Source: Alphaproteobacteria bacterium | GTDB lineage: Bacteria; Pseudomonadota; Alphaproteobacteria; Rhizobiales; JAKIUO01 | Assembly (NCBI GenBank): GCA_024280895.1 | Contig: JAJRPI010000024.1 | Coordinates: forward strand, 14-64,013 | Length of the DNA: 64,000 bases | Direction of reading: 5' to 3' | In this document: positions 1 to 6,929 of the stretch, one piece after another | Numbering within the stretch: the stretch's first letter is position 1 | How the letters are laid out: the number at the start of each line of letters is the position of its first letter | Notes under the pieces: model-generated | What the model saw: the letters and a program-made list of their open reading frames with translations, nothing else | Databases searched by the model: none | What the model was told of the DNA's origin: nothing | Made by a program: the position numbers and the translations under genes

Positions 1-40
1 CGATGCGTCCAAAACCTGATATAGCAACATTAATAGCCAT
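1..40 (-). CDS. gap: Glyceraldehyde-3-phosphate dehydrogenase, 5' end only (runs off window)
   Basis: Reverse complement from ATG at 40 reads MAINVAISGFGRI, matching the type I GAPDH N-terminal Rossmann motif (VAINGFGRIG). Only 13 codons are visible. Confidence 0.8.
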   Translation of the reverse strand, partial: MAINVAISGFGRI

Positions 41-389
41 GATTATAATTCCTCTGTATTTTGCGTTTAGCGTTTGATGCACACGCTGATTTATCTGTGC
101 CTGTAACGGCCTCGTGCCTCGAATATTTAGCCTATAGTGAGCGACAGACACTCACTGGCAGCCGTTTTAGCGCCGTTAGAACCGGTAAAACGCTGCGTCT
201 ATGGGGTTCAATTGAAATGTGATGCAGCGCGTGGCAACGCTGGTCCCGCCTTTAATGCTTTGTTGGCTACAAAGAGTCAATGGCTTAGGCTGGTTAGAAC
301 CGACGAAATAGGGTGATTTTTACTTTTGGCAGAGCAATTGATGAGATAATATGGAGTTTGGGTTGCTTTACAGGGGATGAAGGGGCTGA

Positions 390-803
390 TTGATGGGTGA
401 AGTGAACATCACGATTGGTGGTCGATCATTTAAACTTGGTTGCGATGATGGTGAAGAACGCCATCTTTTGTTGCTGGCGGAGCATTTGGGCAAGCATGTC
501 GAAAACCTGCGCGCCACGATTGGTAAAACGGGAGATGAGCAACTTTTTCTGATGGCGGGACTGATGGTCTGTGATGAGCTTTGGGATAGCCGTGATGCGC
601 TTTTGAAGCTCGAAGAAAAAAGGCAGGCGCGCGTTATCACTCCCGCGCAGGTCGACATATTGCCGCCAGAAGCCAAGCCAATCGCGCCAGCCCGCAAGCC
701 AGGAGCAGCCGGTGGTAAATTGCCAGCCCGAACGCCAGCAGCAAGACCAGCCGCGACACCCGGTCTGGCGGCTCGTCCCAAACCGATCGCGAAACAGACT
801 TGA
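390..803 (+). CDS. zapA: Cell division protein ZapA with a P/A/K/R-rich C-terminal tail
   Basis: VNITIGGRSFKLGCDDGEERHL...QLFLMAGLMVCDEL is the ZapA pattern; followed by a 6S RNA-like sequence as is usual. Confidence 0.9.
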   Translation: MMGEVNITIGGRSFKLGCDDGEERHLLLLAEHLGKHVENLRATIGKTGDEQLFLMAGLMVCDELWDSRDALLKLEEKRQARVITPAQVDILPPEAKPIAPARKPGAAGGKLPARTPAARPAATPGLAARPKPIAKQT

Positions 804-843
804 CGAACCAGTTATTTACCTGTCTGCTTTAAGGTGGAAAGCG

Positions 844-1004
844 GCAGAGCTGCGGGGTGCGTCAGGAACCAAGAAATTCCCCGGGCCGATAATCTTCCAT
901 TGGGAGCCGACGCTGCCAGGGCCCTGGTCCTGATCATTTGGCGCCCACCTTATATTAAGGGACTTGGAGGAATTCAAAGCGCTCCAACGGCTTTTGCGGC
1001 CTGC
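844..1004 (+). ncRNA. ssrS: 6S RNA (alphaproteobacterial type), ends approximate
   Basis: Directly downstream of zapA. The ends can pair (GCAGAGCTGC / GCGGCCTGC). Internal blocks CCCGGGCC, GGGAGC, GGTCCTG, TGGCGCCCACCT, GGAGGA and AACGG match alpha 6S RNAs as I recall them. Length ~160 nt. Confidence 0.75.
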
Positions 1005-1033
1005 TGTTTTCTTTATTTGATTTTACTTTTTTG

Positions 1034-1279
1034 ATCTCACGGCTATTCGCGCTAACGCGCGGCCTGCTTTTTGGTTGCCCTATCGCTTCGCTGTTTGAGG
1101 GCTATGGGCGGGCTAAGCCCGTCGGCCAGTCGGCCTTACCTATGGGTACATCGGAATACTTATCTGATACAAAATCGTCCTTGGAAAAAGAACTCCGACC
1201 GATAGGGCGGCAAGCGTGACCGCGCGCCGGGCTGTAGCCCGCCTATCGGAGGCCGCGTTAGCGCGAATGGCCGTGAGAT
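1034..1279. repeat. Mosaic palindromic element (MITE/BIME/REPIN-like), copy A
   Basis: Terminal inverted repeats ATCTCACGGCTATTCGCGCTAACGCGCGGCCT (1034-1065) and AGGCCGCGTTAGCGCGAATGGCCGTGAGAT (1250-1279), with internal hairpins. A related copy lies at 63561-63805. Confidence 0.8.
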
Positions 1280-1350
1280 ATCACAAATCAAAAATTACTC
1301 AATAAAACCATTATGTTATAATATTTTTTGAAAATAATTGGACAGGGTTT

Positions 1351-1376
1351 GTTCTTATATGGTACAAATAGAGAAC
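1351..1376. promoter_or_regulatory. Chained alpha-type LexA (SOS) box-like motifs upstream of nrdJ
   Basis: GTTC-ttatatg-GTAC-aaataga-GAAC gives two overlapping N7-spaced tetramer pairs, each one base from GTTC-N7-GTTC or GAAC-N7-GAAC. Confidence 0.5.
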
Positions 1377-1419
1377 AAATAGAGTGATTCTCCCCGGTCA
1401 GATGGAAGGCAGATATATA

Positions 1420-3807
1420 ATGAGTATAAGTAATGCAGCGCTGCCGACCATTTCAAAAATGATCTGGGAAAGAAAATATGCCTTGAAAAATGAAGATGGT
1501 TCGCTGGTCGACTTAAGCGTTGAGGATAGCTGGCGGCGTGTCGCCAAGGCGGCTGCGAAGGCTGAGAAAAAGGCTGATCGAGCCAAATGGCGCAAGTGCT
1601 TTTATAAAGCGATGGAAGATTTCGCGTTTCTCCCCGGTGGTCGTATTTTGGCGGGCGCAGGGGCCAATACGCTCTTGGGGCGGAAACTGACCTTGTTCAA
1701 TTGTTTCGTCATGAACCAGGTAGAGGATGATACCTCCTCGATCTTTGAGACTTTGCGTGAAGGTGCCCTGACCATGCAGCAGGGCGGCGGGATTGGTCTT
1801 GATTTTTCGACCCTGCGGCCAGCAGGTGCACTGGTACGCGGGGTCGGGGCTGATGCGGCGGGACCGGTCAGTTTCATGCACGTGTTTGATGCCATGTGCG
1901 GGACTATACAGTCTTCGGGGGCACGAAGAGGCGCGATGATGGCGACCTTGCGTGTTGATCATCCCGATATTGAAAAATTTATAGATGCCAAGTCACAGCC
2001 CGGGCAATTGAATAATTTCAATCTGTCCGTGCTGATCTCTGATGCCTTTATGAAGGCGGTGGATGAGGGGGCCGACTGGGGCCTTTGCTTTGATGGCAAA
2101 ATATATGAGACGGTGAAAGCCTCCACGCTGTTTGACAAGATCATGCGCGCTACTTATGAGCGCGCTGAACCTGGCGTGTTGTTCATGGATCAGGTCAACA
2201 AGCGCAATAAACTATCTTATTGCGAAACAATTTATGCGACCAATCCTTGCGGGGAGCAGCCTTTGCCTCCCTATGGGGCTTGCATGCTGGGTTCGATTAA
2301 TCTGACCCGCCTGATCAAGCAGCCGTTTGCAAAAGAAGCTCGCCTTGATGAAAATAGATTGGTTGAGTTGGTCAAGGTGGCGGTCCGGTTTCTTGATAAT
2401 ATCATTGATATTTCTGGCTATCCCTTGAAGGCCCAAAAACAAGAAGCCAAGGCAAAAAGACGTATTGGTCTTGGCATCACAGGGCTTGGCGATGCGCTTG
2501 CCATGTGCGGGGAGCGCTATGGGGACAAGGCAGCACGTAAGTTGGCGGCGCGCTGGATGAGCCTTATTCAAAATAGCGCTTATCTGGCGAGCGCCGATTT
2601 GGCACAAGAAAAAGGGGCCTTTCCCCTGTATGATGCGGAGCAGCACCTGGCATCACCCGAATTGGCATTTTTGCAAAAAGAAACGCTCAAGAGCGTCAAA
2701 AAGTATGGGCTTCGCAACGGGCTTTTGACCTCAATTGCGCCAACCGGCACCATTTCCTTGCTAGCGGGCAATGTCTCGGGCGGCATAGAGCCCATATTTG
2801 ATCTCTCTTACCAGCGCTCATTTCGTGACCAGAGCGGATCGTCCCATGACCAGCAGATTGAGGATTATGCCTATCATCTGCATCAGCAGCTGCAAGGAGC
2901 TGATAGCTCTTTACCAGACAGTTTTACAACGGTTGCGGATTTGATCCCGAATGATCATTTGGCCATGCAGTCAGCTTTGCAGCCCTTTGTTGATAGCGCT
3001 ATTTCAAAAACCATAAATTGCCCGCAGGATATTTCGTTTGCCAGTTTCAAGTCGATTTATGGCGATGCGTATGCGTTGGGCCTCAAAGGCTGCACGACCT
3101 ACCGGCCAAATGCCATCACCGGGTCCATATTGAAAAGCCGAATAGATATTAGTGACGGTGATGAGTTGGCGAAAGTTTCAATCGAGGAACAATGGGAAAA
3201 CGAAGGTGTTATATCTACGCAAGCTGCCCTGCCTTTGCCGGCGCTGCACGGTTTGCAAAAGGCCGCGCATAAACGATCTCATCCAGGCAATGATGTGCAT
3301 TATTTGAGCGATCCAATGGAGCGCGGTGCAACCTTGGCTGGATATACCTACAAATTGCGTTGGCCAGATAGTGAACATGCGACCTATATCACTATCAATG
3401 ATGTCATCCTCAATGAGCGGCGTCGGCCCTTTGAAATATTTATCAATTCAAAAAACCTCGAACATTATGCCTGGACCGTGGCGCTCACGCGGATGATCTC
3501 GGCCGTGTTCCGGCGCGGCGGGGATGTGTCATTTGTTGTTGAAGAATTGAAAGCGGTATTTGACCCGCGCGGAGGCCAATGGATGAACGGTCACTATGTG
3601 CCAAGTCTGTTGGCGGCGATTGGCGAAGTGGTTGAAAAACATCTGATTGATACCGGATTTCTCTTGCGGTCTGGTGATCAAAAAAAAGGAGAAGCGGAGC
3701 CGACTATGAAGAAAGCGCGCTATTGTCCCAAATGTTCGCAGCCTGCTCTGGTCTATCAAGAAGGATGTCATAATTGTCGTTCGTGTGGATATTCAAAATG
3801 CAGTTAA
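1420..3807 (+). CDS. nrdJ: Adenosylcobalamin-dependent (class II) ribonucleotide reductase with C-terminal TSCPD-like and Zn-ribbon domains
   Basis: Motifs FLPGGRIL, TLFNCFV, GGGIG, TNPCGEQ, IAPTGTIS, KGCTTYRP and C-terminal CPKC...CHNC..CGYSKC. ATG 1420 is preferred over GTG 1384 because of GGAAGG upstream. Confidence 0.93.
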   Translation: MSISNAALPTISKMIWERKYALKNEDGSLVDLSVEDSWRRVAKAAAKAEKKADRAKWRKCFYKAMEDFAFLPGGRILAGAGANTLLGRKLTLFNCFVMNQVEDDTSSIFETLREGALTMQQGGGIGLDFSTLRPAGALVRGVGADAAGPVSFMHVFDAMCGTIQSSGARRGAMMATLRVDHPDIEKFIDAKSQPGQLNNFNLSVLISDAFMKAVDEGADWGLCFDGKIYETVKASTLFDKIMRATYERAEPGVLFMDQVNKRNKLSYCETIYATNPCGEQPLPPYGACMLGSINLTRLIKQPFAKEARLDENRLVELVKVAVRFLDNIIDISGYPLKAQKQEAKAKRRIGLGITGLGDALAMCGERYGDKAARKLAARWMSLIQNSAYLASADLAQEKGAFPLYDAEQHLASPELAFLQKETLKSVKKYGLRNGLLTSIAPTGTISLLAGNVSGGIEPIFDLSYQRSFRDQSGSSHDQQIEDYAYHLHQQLQGADSSLPDSFTTVADLIPNDHLAMQSALQPFVDSAISKTINCPQDISFASFKSIYGDAYALGLKGCTTYRPNAITGSILKSRIDISDGDELAKVSIEEQWENEGVISTQAALPLPALHGLQKAAHKRSHPGNDVHYLSDPMERGATLAGYTYKLRWPDSEHATYITINDVILNERRRPFEIFINSKNLEHYAWTVALTRMISAVFRRGGDVSFVVEELKAVFDPRGGQWMNGHYVPSLLAAIGEVVEKHLIDTGFLLRSGDQKKGEAEPTMKKARYCPKCSQPALVYQEGCHNCRSCGYSKCS

Positions 3808-3968
3808 ACAGGCAAATGAAGCTTCCCATTGATCACAATGGTGGTGTTTATCGGGTTCCTGTGGTTAGGGAATTGTTCACCAAAAGAACAGGTTCGAGCC
3901 ACAATTTATCACAATTGGGCTACTATAGTCATGACGTAACCATAGACATTAAGTATAGCAGGGACATT

Positions 3969-4454
3969 ATGGGAAAGACAGCTTTGAGGCTTATAACGAC
4001 ATCGCTAAATATCCCTGTTGGTGGAGAATCCGCTAATACTGATGGTGCTGGAAACGCCCCTTCGGCCCTCAATCTCAATGATATCGGGCATGGTTTTCAC
4101 TATTGGGACGGTTTGACGGGTGAGCGCTATTTGCACTCAGTTTACAGCTTGCAAGATTGCCCAGAATTGCCAAAAGCCAATTATATCATGGTGCGAAAAC
4201 TGGATAATGGTGAGGCGATCCCCTTGTTTATAGGTCAAACAGTTGCTGATGCGACAAGTCTTAATCTAGCTCACATCCGCCAGAAAGCGTCCAGGCTTGG
4301 TGCCAATGAAATCCACATTCATGTAATGACTGATACGCCAACAGAGCGCGATGATGTAGAACGTGATCTTCTAAAGGGTCAATTTCAGCGCATCGAAAAT
4401 AAATTGCGCGCGCAAGCTGCCAACGGATCATTTGAAACTGGATTAATGTCTTAA
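3969..4454 (+). CDS. Conserved alphaproteobacterial hypothetical protein, GIY-YIG-like
   Basis: FHYWDGLTGERYLHSVY...ANYIMVR...PLFIGQT...RLGANEIHIH. Start placed at ATG 3969 (AGGGA upstream); the track ORF from 3774 overlaps nrdJ. Confidence 0.6.
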   Translation: MGKTALRLITTSLNIPVGGESANTDGAGNAPSALNLNDIGHGFHYWDGLTGERYLHSVYSLQDCPELPKANYIMVRKLDNGEAIPLFIGQTVADATSLNLAHIRQKASRLGANEIHIHVMTDTPTERDDVERDLLKGQFQRIENKLRAQAANGSFETGLMS

Positions 4455-4476
4455 GAGCAGCCCCAATAATTGGGTG

Positions 4477-5364
4477 CTATTGGTTGCTTTCGTCATCGAG
4501 AATATTTTGACGAATATGTCTGGTTCTCTCAAATTGTTCAAAAAGCTTGTCGCCATCGCTCTGTTTGATGGCTTTGGTCAGTGAACCAAGGTCTTCATTA
4601 AAACGTTCCAGCACCTCGAGCACGGCATCCTTGTTATGAAGGAACACGTCTCGCCACATGGTGGGGTCAGAGGCGGCGATACGCGTGAAATCACGAAACC
4701 CCCCTGCCGCATATTTGATGACTTCTTGTTCTGCTACCCCTTCAATATCATCAGCGGTGCCGACAATGTTAAAGGCGATGAGATGGGGCAGATGCGATGT
4801 GATAGCGGCCACTACATCATGATGCTGTGCGGTCATGGTTTCGACATTGGCCCCGCAGGCTTGCCAAAATTCAATTAATTTTTGGGTTGCTAGGGGATCG
4901 CCATCTGGGAGCGGTGTGAGCAAACACCATCGACTGTCAAACAGTTCTGCAAATCCGGATGCTGGCCCTGAAAACTCGGTACCTGCCATGGGATGGCCCG
5001 GCACGAAATGCACGCCCGCCGGAATGTGGCGTTCGCAGTCTGCGATAATGGCCGCTTTCACGGAACCAACATCCGTGACGATCGCTCCTTGTTTGAGATC
5101 AGGCGCAATTTGCTCGCATATGGATCCGCAAATGCCCACTGGGACACACAAGATGACGAGATCGGCACCGCTAACCGCTTTTCCCATATCTTCACACACG
5201 CTATCAACGAAGCCAATGTCGATCGCCGTTTGCAGTGTTTCCTTGGAACGCGCATGTCCTGCAATATGCGAAGCAATGCCGGCACGCTTCATGGCATGGC
5301 CGAGCGATGATCCAATGAGACCAAGACCAATCAAGGCGACCTTTTCAAACGGGGCATCAGCCAT
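4477..5364 (-). CDS. tyrC: Prephenate/arogenate (cyclohexadienyl) dehydrogenase
   Basis: GLGLIGSS NAD-binding motif, DVGSVK, HPMAGTE, SHLPH, FRDFTRIAASDP. ATG 5364 overlaps the hisC stop (ATGGCTGA). Confidence 0.93.
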   Translation of the reverse strand: MADAPFEKVALIGLGLIGSSLGHAMKRAGIASHIAGHARSKETLQTAIDIGFVDSVCEDMGKAVSGADLVILCVPVGICGSICEQIAPDLKQGAIVTDVGSVKAAIIADCERHIPAGVHFVPGHPMAGTEFSGPASGFAELFDSRWCLLTPLPDGDPLATQKLIEFWQACGANVETMTAQHHDVVAAITSHLPHLIAFNIVGTADDIEGVAEQEVIKYAAGGFRDFTRIAASDPTMWRDVFLHNKDAVLEVLERFNEDLGSLTKAIKQSDGDKLFEQFERTRHIRQNILDDESNQ

Positions 5365-6499
5365 TTTGGGGGGCGCTCCCTTGATGGTCGGGCTGTTGGT
5401 TATCTGGGTCCATGAATTCTGCCAGCGCATCAAGAGTGGCGCGACAGTCATCTGCACTGCCAATGGTCATGCGTAGAGCGTTTGGTAGATGGTAACTATC
5501 CAGTCGGCGCAAAACAATGCGCTTCGAGATTAAAAAATCATCAGCTTTATGCGCATTAAATTTGTGTGCATCCGGGAAATGGATCAGCACAAAATTGCCC
5601 ACGCTTGGCGTGACCTGAAGCCCCAATGTCTGGCATTGTTTGCTCACCCATTCGCGCCAGATCCGCGTATGGGCGCGCGCTTCTTCGATAAATTGCTCAT
5701 CTTTGATAGCGGCAGCTCCTGCCATGATCGCGGGGGCTGACAGGTTAAAGGGTCCCCTGATGCGGTTAAGCACGTCAGCAATCTCAAAGGGGCAATAGGC
5801 CCAGCCAATGCGTAATGATGCAAGGCCATAAATTTTTGAAAATGTGCGGGTCATGACAACATTGTTGTTCTTGGAAACCAGCTCGATACCAGCTTCATAA
5901 TCATTGGCATGCACATATTCGGCATAAGCTCCATCCAGCACCAACACGACATTCGCTGGCAAGCCTTGATGCAATCGCTGTACCTCGTCAAACGGGATAT
6001 AAGTGCCAGTTGGATTGTTGGGGTTGGCAATAAATACCATTTTGGTTTTGGGGCTAACCTTTTCAAGGATTGCATCAACATCCGTGGTGAAATCCGTTTC
6101 GCACGCCACGACCGGCGTGGCACCATTCGCCCTGATGGCAATGGGATAGACCAGAAAACCATGTTTGGTGTAAATGGCTTCGTCGCCTGGACCCAGATAG
6201 GCATTGGCCAGCAGGTTCAGCAATTCATCGGAACCGGCACCACACAAGATATGATCCATGTTGAGGCCATAGCGAGCTGAAATCGCCTGACGCAATTCGT
6301 AACTGGTGCCATCGGGATAAAGCTGCAAGCCGTCGGCGGCACGCTTATAGGCCTCGATAGCTTTGGGACTGGCGCCAAATGGTGTCTCGTTGGAAGAGAG
6401 CTTGATGATCGCTCCCGCCCCAGACAATTTGCTTTTTCCTGGCACATAAGGATCAATATCGAAGATCCCTGGTTGTGGTGTGGGCCGATCGCTGGTCAT
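5357..6499 (-). CDS. hisC: Histidinol-phosphate aminotransferase
   Basis: KLSSNE, GAGSDE, NPNNPTG, DGAY, RTFSKIYGLASLRIG (PLP lysine). AGAGG precedes ATG 6499. Confidence 0.95.
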   Translation of the reverse strand: MTSDRPTPQPGIFDIDPYVPGKSKLSGAGAIIKLSSNETPFGASPKAIEAYKRAADGLQLYPDGTSYELRQAISARYGLNMDHILCGAGSDELLNLLANAYLGPGDEAIYTKHGFLVYPIAIRANGATPVVACETDFTTDVDAILEKVSPKTKMVFIANPNNPTGTYIPFDEVQRLHQGLPANVVLVLDGAYAEYVHANDYEAGIELVSKNNNVVMTRTFSKIYGLASLRIGWAYCPFEIADVLNRIRGPFNLSAPAIMAGAAAIKDEQFIEEARAHTRIWREWVSKQCQTLGLQVTPSVGNFVLIHFPDAHKFNAHKADDFLISKRIVLRRLDSYHLPNALRMTIGSADDCRATLDALAEFMDPDNQQPDHQGSAPQNG

Positions 6500-6929
6500 T
6501 CTTTGCAAGTCCTCTAAGATCTGCGTGTTAGTTCGTGTGTTGATAGCCTATCGTGCAGACGAGTGGAAGGAAAGAAATCGCGTGATATTTCACGCATTCA
6601 GCCCCTATGCTTTGGGTCAATGAATGAGGCTAAATGGCGCGCGCGGGCCATGGCATGCCCGCAAAAATTTACTTATCGTTCACCAAATGACGCAATAGTT
6701 AATAAGGTCCTAAGCGACCGTTCAGATAATTTTGCGTTAAGCATTGAAAAACAACAATAATACTGGTTAAGTTCCGGGCTATGATAACAGTTGAAGTGAT
6801 TCGAATTCTATAGGTACAAGACAGGTTGTCAGCTTTGCGCGACGATAGACGCGCAAACTCACCAATTTTAAGGCGTTGTCGAGCGTGTGATGTCAGTTTG
6901 ATTTTAATTTCATTCATGAGACGTTTACA

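Noticed and set aside
368-781. 137-aa ORF antisense to zapA
   Set aside because: It is the mirror frame of zapA's low-complexity tail, with no independent support.
1034-1419. Cobalamin riboswitch or NrdR box upstream of nrdJ
   Set aside because: No B12-box (GGGAA...GCCACTG) core or clear NrdR palindrome was seen; the structured DNA here is the mosaic repeat.
3875-3889. GTTC-N7-GAAC upstream of the GIY-YIG-like gene as a LexA box
   Set aside because: The tetramers are inverted, whereas the alpha LexA box is a direct repeat; the evidence is too weak.
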